Assembly (NCBI RefSeq): GCF_006345805.1
Contig: NW_021832422.1
Location: forward strand, 1-61,500
DNA: 61,500 nucleotides
Direction: 5' to 3'
From: Octopus sinensis
Lineage: Eukaryota
In this document: positions 25,559 through 39,516 of the stretch, one piece after another
Position numbering within the stretch: the stretch's first letter is position 1
Layout of the letters: each line of letters begins with the position of its first letter
Program-made: the position numbers and the translations under genes
Notes under the pieces: generated by a model
The model's input: the letters and a program-made list of their open reading frames with translations, nothing else
Database searches by the model: none
What the model was told of the DNA's origin: nothing

Positions 25559-26062
25559 CGTCTCCCGTTACCCCTCACCTACCACCACTCCACCCTGCTT
25601 CTCCAACACACCATTCACCGAGCCTTCTTACGACTCCAATCCAATCTCAGCACCTCGCACATCTGCAACCTACCGCTTCCCTCCTTCAAACGAGCCCATA
25701 ACCTATGCGACCTCTTGGTCCACATTTTCTTCCCTAATCCGACCTCCCAGCCTGGATCGTTCCCCTACTCCAGTCCACGTTGTCGTACCTGTGGCTACCT
25801 GTCCAACAGCACCATCCTCACAAGCTGCTATCGATATTTCATTTTGCATACGAATACATTTATATAAGCTTCCCTCCTTCAAACGAGCCCATAACCTACG
25901 CGACCTCTTGGTCCACATTTTCTTCCCTGATCTGGCCTCCCAGCCTGGATCGTTCCCCATCTCCAGTCCACGCTGACGTACCTGTCGCTACCTGTCCAAC
26001 AACACCATTCTCACAGGCTGCTATCGACATTTCATTTTGCATACGAATACATTTATATAAGC
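25559..26062 (+). mobile_element. Penelope-like element fragment (RT/GIY-YIG linker and Zn-finger-like region) with a 193-bp tandem duplication
   Basis: Frame from 25559 reads RLPLPLTYHHSTLLLQHTIHRAFLRLQSNLSTSHICNLPLPSFKRAHNLCDLLVHIFFPNPTSQPGSFPYSSPRCRTCGYLSN. This matches the PLE motifs 'P(L/V)xLTYH', 'FKRxxNLxDxLV' and the 'CxxC' just N-terminal to the GIY-YIG domain (from knowledge). Confidence 0.8.
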
Positions 26063-26612
26063 AATACAATCGAAGACAAACAAGATGATAAAGGGTATCA
26101 ATGCATTTATCAGGAGAGGTTGCTCCTTCGCCTGTAACGCATCCCACCCATTAAACAACAAGGAACTCATTGCTTAAACGGCCAATACGTTTAGTTATGT
26201 AACACTATTGGACAAATGACTTTACACCAAATTAAAGAAAAATACATAACAGGACGCAAGAAGATTCATTATCAGTGTTTTATTATTTCGTTTTATAATT
26301 ATTTATGTATCATTTTGAAATCAAGCAAGAATCGACTTATTATTTTAATAAATTGCATTCGATATAGCGTAATTAAATACAGTTTTATGAATATATTCAT
26401 ATCAATAAAATGTTTGGAAACATCGAAATTGCTGTATTTCCAAGGATATAAATATTTTATGGGAATAATCTAAGTTGATATATGTACAATTACATATAAA
26501 GACAGGAATAGATGTATGTATATATATATATGTTTGTATATGTCTGTAGGTGTCCGTAAGAGTATGCAAGCATGGGTATAGCATTATGTATGTGTGTATG
26601 TATGCATGTATG

Positions 26613-26647
<35 letters not shown>

Positions 26648-26770
26648 TGATATCACCTCAACACTGTCTCTTTAGATCTCTCTCTCTTTCTCTCTCTGTC
26701 TTTCCATCTTTCTCTGTATATAATGGTTGTATGAGTGTGTGTATGTATATCAATCTATGTATATGCATGT

Positions 26771-26809
<39 letters not shown>

Positions 26810-26863
26810 CTATATATATATATATATATGTATATACTTTGTATATGTATATATATGCAATGC

Positions 26864-26904
<41 letters not shown>

Positions 26905-26967
26905 TAAATATATCTATTCATATACGCATATACATATACATAATTTACCTTTATTTAAATGAATGCT

Positions 26968-27010
<43 letters not shown>

Positions 27011-27014
27011 TACA

Positions 27015-27048
<34 letters not shown>

Positions 27049-27844
27049 CATACACAGACACACGCAACCACAGCTACACGCACATATATAAATAAATTTG
27101 TATTTAAACATCACAAATGAGGATTAACGAAAATTGCAGCATTCCAATCAAGCGATCAGCCAACATCTATGTCTCTCTTCTCTCTTTCTCTCTGTCTGGC
27201 TCTCTCTCTATCTACTTCGTCTCTCGTTCTTTCCACATTAACGAGTTAATTAACATCCACTAAAACATGATATTCTCCATCTCTATTTCTCATAGCAGCG
27301 GAAGCATCGTCGAGGCTTTTCAATTAGTTTAGGATTAAAGTAGACTTTTTAAATTGAAAGAGAATTCGTTGCTCTATTATAGAACTGAAATTGCAAGGTT
27401 ATTAGATGAGAAATGGCGGCTACGAAAATAACATACAAATTGTGGACGACAGAAGAAAAAAATAGACAGCTTACATATAAATTTGGAAGCATGTTTATAT
27501 TAATCTATAATATGCGAGAAGAATAACTTATTGCAAAAGCAGTTAGACAATTTACTATTTTCCCTGGTAAATTTAGAATATATCTGAATAAAATACACGT
27601 AGGTTTGATATATAACTGCCGACTCACATTCTCAAATATACAGAGATATGTGTGGATATGCATACACATACACTGCGTGTCAAATTATTGAGCAGCCCAA
27701 GTTTTTTCGCAAGGAGAGTATTTATTCGTTCAAATCCAGATATGTTGATAACACCCGTAGGGCTTTATTGTGCAGAAATAAACCTGATCTTCCCATAAGT
27801 AAAGAAACAATGACCAGTTTTGTTAATAGACGCCATTTTTACCC

Positions 27845-27966
27845 TCAGACAAACAAACAGACAGAGAGACAGACAGACATGTAGACAGACAGACATACAG
27901 ACAGACATACAGACAGACAGATAGACAGACAGACAGACAGATAGATAGATAGATAGATAGACAGAC

Positions 27967-28042
<76 letters not shown>

Positions 28043-28050
28043 CGACAGAC
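27845..28050. repeat. (CAGA)n/(TAGA)n tetranucleotide microsatellite
   Basis: Directly visible; similar (TAGA)n tracts occur at 29230-29335 and, as (TCTA)n, at 56120-56180. Confidence 0.95.
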
Positions 28051-28505
28051 AGATAGCAAAGTGCTCTCTCTCTCTCTAGGATCATGCTCAAAGTGGTTTC
28101 GACACTCGCACCCAACATCTTTGCTACATTCCCCCAACTTTTCATTGAAATTTTCATGAGAATAAATTTGCCTCTCCATTCTCACCTTCCTTTTCAAGTT
28201 GTACTTGAAAAAGTTGATGAGCGATTGGCCGGAGAGGAAAGTGTTTGTCTCTAATCCTTAATCCAACAAAAAAAACAGTATATGTATCAAAATAACATGT
28301 AACAAAAACATCTTTAAATGATTATTCCGGAGCAGATTCACCATCCCCTTCAATTACTGCTTCCCATTTGCTTGGTAGACCGTCAGACCATCAGTTAAAG
28401 ATGTTTTTGTTAGATATTGTTATTGTTTGTGTTGAATAAAATTTTGTTGAAAAAAAGCCGCAATAATTATGCGCCAACCCTATACATATCGATCTATCTA
28501 TCTAA

Positions 28506-28540
<35 letters not shown>

Positions 28541-28606
28541 ATATATATATATTATATAATATATATATATATTTTATATATATATATATATATATATCTA
28601 TATATT

Positions 28607-28642
<36 letters not shown>

Positions 28643-29255
28643 TATGCATATATTTTATAGATATGTCAATATATATATAATTATACCATATATATACCTT
28701 ACTTACATACATACATACATACGCACGCATTTATGCATATATTATGTAAGAAAGTGTCAGGTTTGGTATATAATTGACCAGTATGCGGTGGAAGTTACGA
28801 GAAAAATATTAAGCAGACTATGGCCTTATTTATGTAATGTACATAAATTTTCATTTAGTTCCAAGTAAACAGTAAGTACTCTATCACCTAATGATTGCAC
28901 CTTCTGTGTCATATTCTATTAGAACTTACATAATTTTTACATTCTGTGTGTATGTGTGTCTGTGTGTTTGTGTGTTTGGGTGTTTTTCTGTGTGTAAATG
29001 AGTGTATGTATATTTATGTGTGTTTGTGTATGTATAGTTATATTTATGTGTGCTTTTATGTGTATACATATATCTATATATAGATATATAGATATATTTA
29101 CATATATATATATGCATGTATACACATACACACACATATATATATACACTCACACACACACACACAGAGAAAGAGGTAGAGAGTTAGATAGAGAGAGAGA
29201 GAGAGACAGAGAGAGAGAGAGGAAGATAGTTAGATAAATAGATAGATAGATAGAC

Positions 29256-29335
<80 letters not shown>

Positions 29336-29635
29336 GATGCAAGCTTATTTTTTGAAAAATGTTAATGGGAAAAGATTATAATAATGGTGAATATTTTAAT
29401 TTCAAGCTGATAATTTATAAATATATTAAACTGAGTTTCCACGGAATGACTTGTAGAAAATAAATCAATGTACGGCCTCTGAAATATGTTTAGTTTAACG
29501 TGAAGATATTGATTTCCATTGCATCTGTCATTTAGTGTGAGATTTCTTTCTTTTTTTTTAATTTATAATGTATGACTTGAAAAACAATGATTATTCTCGA
29601 ATTCCGACAACATCATTTTCTATTGTTAAGGGATA

Positions 29636-29672
<37 letters not shown>

Positions 29673-29729
29673 GCATACACAATCACGCATAGACACATAC
29701 ACATACACACAAGAATTAGTGTGTGTGTG

Positions 29730-29762
<33 letters not shown>

Positions 29763-30106
29763 GCATTTATACAAATCAATAGAATATGATACGTAAGCAT
29801 ATATATACATATACATATTTATATATGTATGTATATATGCATATATATATGTATGTATATGGATATGTGCACATCAATATATATTTATATATTGTGTATG
29901 CATACATTCGTATAAAGACCCACACACACATATATATACGTAGTGTATATACGAACACTGTTGTGTATGTGTATGTGTGTTTGTGTCTATGTGTATGTGC
30001 GTGCGTATGTTGCGATGCATAGGCGAGAACGCTGTTATAAGTGCCTGATTAATCATATTTCTTTAATTCATAATTTATGAGACACTTGATAATTATAATA
30101 ATAACA

Positions 30107-30169
<63 letters not shown>

Positions 30170-30171
<2 letters not shown>

Positions 30172-30667
30172 TTAATGGTGATGATGAAACGAGAGAAAAA
30201 GAAAAGAGCGAGGCGAACAACTCAAAATCGAAATATACAACAATTATAATAGTATTATATTTGTTTATAATATTTGAAAAATAACTTGGAAACAATAGGA
30301 ATGTCAACACCAAAACCAACACCATCACCACCACCCCACCAACAAACGACAACTGATGCTAGTAAAGCGTAGTGCTCTTAATATTAAGAACAACAAGATA
30401 TAACAACAACCACAATGGCTATTAAAAGAATAAAAATAATTATAAGAAAATGTTGTTGATGATATTAATGTAAAGAAAAAAAAAGGAAGTTAACAGAACC
30501 GGTACCAACTCAACACAATATAAAGACAACAACAACAACAACAACAATAGCGGTAGCACCAGCAGCAGCAAGGACAAGTGTATGTACATCATTAAGTACA
30601 ATATCATATTGATAAAGAAAAAACATGATATGAATAAAAAAACATACGATGATAAATCATAATAATA

Positions 30668-30710
<43 letters not shown>

Positions 30711-30758
30711 TAATAATAAATAATAATAAGAAGAAGAAATATTAATAATAATAATAAC

Positions 30759-30810
<52 letters not shown>

Positions 30811-31315
30811 TAATAATAATAATATAATGGTGATGATGAAACGAGAGAAAAAGAAAGAGCGAGGCGAACAACTCAAAATCGAAATATACAACAATTATAT
30901 AATATTATATTTGTTTATAATATTTGAAAAATAACTTGGAAACAATAGGAATGTCAACACCAAAACCAACACCATCACCACCACCACCAACACAACGACA
31001 ACTGATGCTGTAGTAAAGCGTCGTAGTGCTCTTAATATTAAGAACAACAAGATATAACAACAACCACAATGGCTATTAAAAGAATAAAAATAATTATAAG
31101 AAAAATGTTGTTGATGATATTAATGTAAAGAAAAAAAAAGGAGTTAACAGAACCGGTACCAACTCAAACAATATAAAGACAACAACAACAACAACAATAG
31201 CGGTAGCACCAGCAGCAGCAAGGACAAGTGTATGTACATTCATTAAGTAAATATCATATTGATAAAGAAAAAACATGATATGAATAAAAACTACCGATGA
31301 TAAATCATAATAATA

Positions 31316-31376
<61 letters not shown>

Positions 31377-31413
31377 TAAGAGAAATATAATAATAATAAC
31401 AATATAAAATAAA

Positions 31414-31430
<17 letters not shown>
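30170..31430 (+). repeat. About 652-bp tandem duplication (possibly an assembly artefact)
   Basis: GGTGATGATGAAACGAGAG at 30177 and 30829; the whole intervening sequence is repeated, with differences that are mostly 1-3 nt indels. Confidence 0.95.
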
Positions 31431-31478
<48 letters not shown>

Positions 31479-31494
31479 TGATGATGATAATAAT

Positions 31495-31543
<49 letters not shown>

Positions 31544-31865
31544 GTTAAAAGGTAGAAGAGCATTAATATTTAAAGTGTGTTTTAAGAGTAAATTTTGAAG
31601 AACAATTTTAGCATTGTTGTATTGTTAGTATACGAAATTGTCTTCACCAACGTCTTCGGCATTAGCATCAGCATCACATCCAAGAAGAAAATCGCCACAG
31701 TCATCTTGACAAGCGTTGCCACCCGTCCACACATCTTTACCATCTTCAGAGCCAGCATAACCGCTCTTATCGTCTCTCTGTCACCATCTCCATCGATGCC
31801 ACTTGCGCAGCCAACTGTCTTGATCCCAGTTACCATCCTCTCTTTCGAAGCCATTGCAATCAGCA

Positions 31866-32100
31866 TACCTATTTCTTTACTACCCACAAGGGGCTAAACA
31901 CAGAGGGGACAATCAAGGACAAAGAAACGGATTTAGTCGATTATATCGACCCCAGTGCGTAAATGGTTCTTAATTTATCGATCCCAAAATGATGAAATGC
32001 TAACTCGACTTCGGCGGAATTTGTACTCAGAACGTAACGACAGACGAAACAACGCTAAGCATTTCGCCCAGCGTGCTAACGATACTAGCAGCTCAACGCC
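31866..32100 (-). mobile_element. SINE family A (full length)
   Basis: TTTCTTTACTACCCACAAGGGGCTAAACAC...TCGACCCCAGTGCG...GCATTTCGCCCAGCGTGCTAACGATAC; reverse complement of 19503-19710. Confidence 0.9.
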
Positions 32101-32591
32101 TTCGTTGAGAAGACATACCGTCTATTACTTATTGTTTCTGCTTATTGATTCTGATTCATATTTGTATTGTTTTAATACAATATATTTGTATTGTATTGTT
32201 TTAAGTCCACGTTATAAAGAGACATATACAGTGTGTTCTAAGAAGGCCATAATAGTGTCAAAGAGACACAACAGGTGTTTAGGTTCTTAAGGAACAGGCA
32301 TGTTTTAATACTTGATTGATCAAGGGTCTAGTCATCTGTCAATAAAAATTGCATCTTAACCTTCGATTAATGTGCATGATGAGACACAGATAAAAAGTTT
32401 TGGACCGCGTGACTTTCGATGATCATAAATCTAACGTCTTGTTAACGCCTATTTTAAATACTTGCCACCAACCTGGTAGAAAAGAGGATATTATTTGTAC
32501 AACGGATAAGGCAGGAACTACCAGAACATTAGCACGCAGGAACAATAGCTTAACGGCACGTTTTACGGCTTCATGTTCTGAGTTCAAATAT

Positions 32592-33020
32592 TGATTTCAA
32601 ATTTTGGTACCAGGCCAGCAATTTTGAGTGAATGGATAAATCAGTTAGATTGACCCTCAGAGTTCAAGTCGTATTTAATTATATCGATGACAAAAGGATG
32701 AAAATCAAAGTCGACTTCAGCAGAATTTGAACTCAGATCATAAAGACGGTTGAAATGCCGCTAAGCATTCTCCCCGGATTGCAAACAATTCTGCCAGCTT
32801 CCCTCCTTCAATCTGAATAATATTAATTTTAAAGTTTGATATAAAGTGATCAATATCAGGAAAGGATAAGTTATCATTAGTCACCCTGATTAACTAATAC
32901 TTATTTCATCGACCCTGAGACGCTGACAGGTAAGTCAAACTCGGCAGAATTTGAACTCGGAACGTAAATTCGGAAGAAAAGTCGCTCAGCATTTTACGAT
33001 GCGTTCTAACAATTCTCCCC
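32592..33020 (-). mobile_element. Two tandem SINE family A copies (32592-32805; 32830-33020)
   Basis: TTTCAAATTTTGGTACCAGGCCAGCAA...AAAGTCGACTTCAGCAGAATTTGAACTCAG; second copy TTATTTCATCGACCCTGAG...CGGCAGAATTTGAACTCGGAACG. Confidence 0.8.
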
Positions 33021-33512
33021 GTTCGTTATCCTAGGAATCTGTATAAATATTGCCAATCATTATCTCATCCGTTTCTTCAATTCTCATAAAATACGTAACA
33101 ACAATTCTTTGGCACATATTAATACAAGTAAAAATTAATATAAATGTAAGTAATTCCAAATTGAGAAGCACGTTTATCCCAACACGTCATCTCATACGAT
33201 AACAATTGACAAACAGGAATGATAGAAAAAAAACGCGGAAAACTAATTATTTTTACACAGACATGTGCAAATATATTTAATGAATGCTTTTCACGTAGCT
33301 CTGCTGTTTAACACTTATATTTCGCTTGCCTTACATTTCTAAAGAGAACGTCTATTGAAAAGCAAAAGTTATAGAATATTATGAGTTGCAGAAAATATAC
33401 ACACTCTCTAATGAAATCGTGCAAACGTGCGACAGAGATAATGTAGTCAAGCAAAAATGGCACGTTTGAAGTTGTGTGCAAGTTTCAAACGAATTAACAT
33501 ATACACACGCAT

Positions 33513-33543
<31 letters not shown>

Positions 33544-33695
33544 CATCACCTCTCACGCACACAGGGAGAAAGTGATATCTATACATTAACACACACTAAC
33601 AATATGGTGTGGCGTGTGTATTTATGTATATATATATATCTATATATATATATACATGTATACAATATATATATACGTACATATAATATATATAT

Positions 33696-33749
<54 letters not shown>

Positions 33750-33937
33750 ACAATATATACGTATATTATATATATGCATATGTGTGCGTGTGTATGCATG
33801 TGTATATATATATTTTGTTATATATATATAATTCTTTTCCGTAATTCTAATAATATTCTTTAAAAAATTCTCTTCTCTAACAGGTTAGGGGCGTGTGTTG
33901 AAAATAGGCGTGTGTGTGTGCGCGGGTGTGTGAGTGT

Positions 33938-33976
<39 letters not shown>

Positions 33977-35089
33977 AAATAGAGTGTGAGATAGGGAGAG
34001 AGAGCTGAGGAGACAGTAAGGGAGCGAAAATTACATTTATCCATCTGCACATCGACACACGAAAATCTCCGTGTTTGCATGTACAATTGCATGAACAATT
34101 TGATGTTTATATGTAAACATATAAACAAATAATAAACATGTTTCTCTTTGTGAAGACAGAGAGATGGGAATGTGGAGAAAGAATTAATTTCTTATTCGAT
34201 CTGACTTGGCTTACATATTTGAGAAACATGTATTTTGAAATCTACGTCTAAAGGTAGACACGTTTTTCGAATCACTTTTATTTGCTTGATGATTCTAACA
34301 GAAATTTGGTAAAGGCCAGACCTGACTGGATACCCCATTATGTGTTGCCTTTTCACGAAGCCATACTTCCTTCCTATAGAAGGCGATACATTTGAAAAGA
34401 ATACTCAAGTAATATGTAAATTTTTGTGTGCATGTGTCTTCATGTATCTTGTGCATTTTCTTGTGTATCTTCGTGTGTATCTGCGTGTATCTTCATGTGT
34501 ATGCATCTTCATGCGTTGGCTTACATCATACTCATACAAACACATATTGCAAGAGTGAATAATTTAAATTTCCGTACATCGCTTCCAAGTTCACACGGTC
34601 CAGTCTAAAGTATACAGCCAGGCTAAGCCTGCCGTATCGTGTAGTTTGTATTGCAATACTCTTACAAAATAATCTTAAGCAGTTTAAGCGATCATATGCA
34701 GAGTAACACTCATACCTGTCGAGTGAAATTATGTACGATTCACCGCCAATACCCTTAAGAACCGATACAAACAACACTCATACATATTGAGCCTATTTAG
34801 AAGATTATAGGTAATTGGCTCTCAAAGTCACAATTCAGTTGACTTATGTATTTATCCCTGCACTGAACGCAACATTTGACCGGGGAAATCGGGAAAAGAT
34901 CAATCCAGTATATTCGCGGAAAGGAATTATTTATCTTACTTATTTCAAAACACAGATATCGTTGAAGCGAACTCCTTCCGGTTCCCTGCTACTAAGGACG
35001 TTTCCTTCAAAAAAGATTTCTTAAGTGATCTCTCTAACACTACAAAAACATTTTCTTAAACATTCATTTCTCTATGACATTTTTACATT

Positions 35090-35105
35090 TGCTTCAATAA
35101 TATTT

Positions 35106-35167
<62 letters not shown>

Positions 35168-35194
35168 TGCTACTACTACTTCTACTACTGCTAC

Positions 35195-35225
<31 letters not shown>

Positions 35226-35497
35226 GTTGTTTTTGTTATTTTTATTATTATTATCTTTAGGAAGATGATGGCGTGGAGAACGAGGAGCGAACGACGACAA
35301 CGATGATAATGATGATGATGATGATGTAGTGGGGACGGAATTCGAAAATAAAGATGACGACGTCGACGATAAGGCTGATAATGCGGATGCAGTGGTGGTG
35401 GTTGTGGTGGTGGTCGTGGTCGTGGGGGTTGCTTTTGTTGCGATGGATAAATGAATATAATGACGTCGACAATGACGGCAACGACGACGAGGATGAT

Positions 35498-35548
<51 letters not shown>

Positions 35549-35780
35549 CGATGATGATGACGATGATGATGATGATGATGATGATGATGACGATGATGAT
35601 GATGATGATGACGACGATGATGATGACGATGATGATGCTGGTGATGATGATGATGATGATGATGATGATGACGATGATGATGATGATGATGACTGATGAC
35701 GATTATCACGATGATGATGATGACGGTGATGATGACAATGATGATGATGACAATTGTCATGATGATATTGACTCTGGTGA
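35090..35780. repeat. Compound (TAC)n/(TGC)n/(TAT)n/(GAT)n microsatellite
   Basis: Directly visible. Confidence 0.97.
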
Positions 35781-36076
35781 TGAAAAACGACTCTTACTCC
35801 AACGAGGTGCGTGACTACGACAGCGATAGCAAAGCGAGTCAATAACGAAGAAAAGATATTAAAAACGAAAGAAATCTGTCTAGTTTCTCGAAATAATCCT
35901 TTTACCTGGGGTTACAATTAATTTGTTAAAATTGCCGATAATTGTAATATTTTTTTTCTTCGAGTTGTGAACGTGTTTACTGCAAGAAAAAGAAAATGAA
36001 AAGATGTTGTGAGTAAAAATACGTGATATGTTGAAGTGTATTTGTTGCCAATATGTGTGTCTTTGCGCATGCGTGT

Positions 36077-36132
<56 letters not shown>

Positions 36133-37262
36133 ATGCGTTTCGTGTGACTGTCTGTGAATTTATAAATTTAACTTGGTTGGTGTGGGTACTGGAAGTTATG
36201 ATGATAAAATGGATGTGTATTAAATTGTCGTATCACAGAATATGTCTAGGAATGTATTTGTGTGTGCGTATGTCGGTGTGTGCGGGTTATCTCCAGTGTG
36301 TGTGTGTCTCTATGAATGTGTAGAAGTGTTCGTTTTATGTATATGTATGCATGTGTCTACGTATGTATGAAAATGTCTGTGTGATGTGTCGATGTGCGAT
36401 CAGCTTTATAGACAATATAGAGAAATTGTAAAATAAAAAAAGGAAACAAACAAAAACATGAATGTTCCACTATATTCAAATAAATCGTTAAACAGAAGCT
36501 GGTATGAAGTCGTTGGTTCGATCCCGTCATGAGCCATCATGGGGAAAATAGCTGTGGTAATATTTTCGATCAACCTAATTGTCATAAATGAAATGCATTG
36601 ACAAGAAATGGTGTGGAAAATCGCCGGAATAATTGGACTCTCATTCTTAGATTGTGGCACCTGCTGCGACACACGGATTCGGATGAAGAATCAGGCTAAA
36701 GGTAGAAATGTTGGTGGAATATTGTGTTACGTATAATTCAGCCAGACAGTTCATTATCTGTGCGTGAGTGTGCTTACATACACATACGCACATTTACTTA
36801 AGCATATATACACGTTTGTATACAAACATATCATACATAGATACTTACAGGAGCAAAACCAGATATATACATATATGGAAAGCCAAGTACTGGTGGAACG
36901 TTACGTTCGAATCCTTTGAGCAGTTCTAAGTGTCTTCTATACGGAGAATCTCTAGATATCATCTATGAACTACACACACATTTTATTAATTTTCAGCAGA
37001 CGGAACAGAGTGACTCACTAGCCGGTAGTTTCGTGCGTTAACGTTTATCAGAATAGTTGCCGATAGAGTGCTTATGAATTTCTACATCTCTGGCAATAGT
37101 ATCTCCTTGGACAGTTCTGAAACAAATTGTAAAAACAATTACAATGCTTTGTGTATAAAATATATATTTCAAACTGAGCGTGTCTAAATATCTCTCCTAA
37201 CATCTGTGGTTTTGTTTAGTTCTTCACGTATTATCGGTAAAGTAACAGAGACGAATGGAATA

Positions 37263-37478
37263 TGTTCTTTACTACTCTAGGAACAAGGCCCGAAGTTTCG
37301 AGGAGCGAGGGCAGTCGATTAGATCGATCACAGTACGCGACTGGCACTTAATTTATCGATTCAGAAAGGATGAAAGGCAAAGTCAACCTCAGCGGAATTT
37401 GAGCTCAGAACGTTAAGATAGACGAAATACCGCTAAGCATTTCGCCCAGCGTGCTAACGTTTCTGCCAGGTCACCGCC
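37263..37478 (-). mobile_element. SINE family A (full length)
   Basis: ACAAGGCCCGAAGTTTCG...GGCAAAGTCAACCTCAGCGGAATTTGAGCTCAGAACG...TTTCTGCCAGGTCACCGCC. Confidence 0.9.
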
Positions 37479-37621
37479 GTGATTGGAATGATACGTTGAG
37501 AAGAGCCTTCAAAGTTGCTCTCCTGCATATTTTCAGTCAAGCAAAGGAAACAAGTAAAACGGTGACGCTAAAATGCCTCACAACGAAAGAAATTCAGCCA
37601 CTGTACTTTGAGTAAAAATTG

Positions 37622-37848
37622 TTTGCCAACGTAACATGGCAGTCCTGGTTTAGGAAGAATGCTGTTGTAATTTAACCTCAGGTGACAACGTCTCCAGCTG
37701 GCTATACGACGCAATCTGTGCCGTTGAAGGGATGCAATGCACAGATATTGTTTTGAGCTGAGTTTGGGGTGCTAGATTCCCTTGTTCGAAAATATATGGA
37801 CACTGATCGTGTCGCATAGCCAGCTGGAGACGATGTCTCCTGGGGCTA
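37622..37848. mobile_element. MITE-like foldback element (right end truncated)
   Basis: Inner arms 37673-37722 and 37798-37848 are inverted copies (…CGTCTCCAGCTGGCTAT…/…ATAGCCAGCTGGAGACG…). The left terminus TTTGCCAACGTAACATGGCAGTCC is shared with 43795-43972. Confidence 0.7.
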
Positions 37849-38289
37849 ACAATCTTTACTGCAAAATGCTTTGCAATTTTATTAAATTCAACACGTGTGT
37901 ATCAGGGGACCGTATTTTATGGATTTCGGCAATTAAGGCCCACTCTTGCAAGATTTGAACCCGAAGGTATTGAAATAGGAAGTGCCCTAAGATATTGCCC
38001 CTACAGAGCATTGATTCCACCAATGCACGATGTGATTCTTATAGGATGGTCACATGGAAGTGGGAGAAAGATAGGCGGGGAGAGATGCAGATGAAAAGTG
38101 TGATGTTGATAATCGCATTAAGAAGGCTGTCCTGCAAGCGCCCATCTATGACGTTGGCGATGTTGGCACAGGTGCTGCCGATGCTATTACTGTTACCGCT
38201 GCTGCCGCTGTTGCTGCTGCTGCCGTTCATGCCTCTGCATTTGCTGCTGCTGCTGATGAAAATGAAATTGATGAGAATTATGTTTAGGT

Positions 38290-38353
38290 AAGGTGGTGGT
38301 GGTGGTGGTGTTATTAATGTTGATGTCCTACATCTGCCACACGATAACGACGG

Positions 38354-38406
<53 letters not shown>

Positions 38407-39180
38407 TGATGATGATGATGATGATGATGGTGATGATGGTGATGATGATGATGGTGATGATGGTGATGATGATGATGATGATGATGATGATGGTGATGAT
38501 GGTGATGATGATGATGACGCCGGTGATGATGACGGTTCCGATGTCGACGTCGACGACGACGACGACAACCATGACGGCGATGGTGACGGTGGTTATGGTT
38601 GTGTGGGCGGTGGTTTTGACGACGACGACGACGACAATCATGATGGTGGCCATGATGATGATGATGATGCGTGTGATGGTGATGATGGTGATGATAACGG
38701 CACGCTGGTTCTGGTGGCCGTGTTTTTATATTTCTCAAGGGGATGGATGATGGAAATGGCCATATAAAGATGACGGTGGTGGAGGTGATGGTGGCGGATG
38801 TGGCGTTGTGGGTGTTGGTGGTGGTGACGGTAGTGGTGGTGATGGTGATGGTGGTTGTGGTGGTGGAGGAGATGGTTGTAGTGGTAGCTCCGGTGATTAT
38901 GGTGGTGGTGGTGGTGGTAGTAGTGATGGTGGTGGTAGTGATGGTGGTGGTAGTGGTGGTGGCGGTAGTGGTGGTGGTGGGAGGTGGTGGTGGTGGTGGT
39001 AGCGGTGGTGGTAGTGGTAGTTGTGGTGGTAGTGGTGATGGTGGAGGTAGCGGTGATGGTGGTGGTAGTGGTGGTGGTCGTGGTAGTTGTGGTCGTGGTA
39101 GTTGTGGGGTCGTAGTCGTCGTAGTGGCGGCGGCGGCGTTGAGGATGAAGAGGATGCGGTAGAGTTCGCTTCATGATGAT
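38290..39180. repeat. Compound (GAT)n/(GGT)n microsatellite
   Basis: Directly visible; produces the poly-M/H/V/G/T ORFs. Confidence 0.97.
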
Positions 39181-39439
39181 TAATGAGACTGATGAGTGAG
39201 AAGCAAGACAGTATTGATAATCAGCACCGAAAATAAATAATTAGAAGATTAAAGAAGGAGGTTGTCTAAGGTTGTGAATAATTGCTTACCTAGGGGTACA
39301 ATTAATTATGTGAAATTGTTACTAATTACAATTTTCTCTTTTTTGTGCAAATATTTTTCTCCCAAAATAAAATAAATCAAATGAAATTTTGAATTTAGAT
39401 GCAACAGCAGCGCACACATACGCACGCACGCACACACGT

Positions 39440-39516
<77 letters not shown>

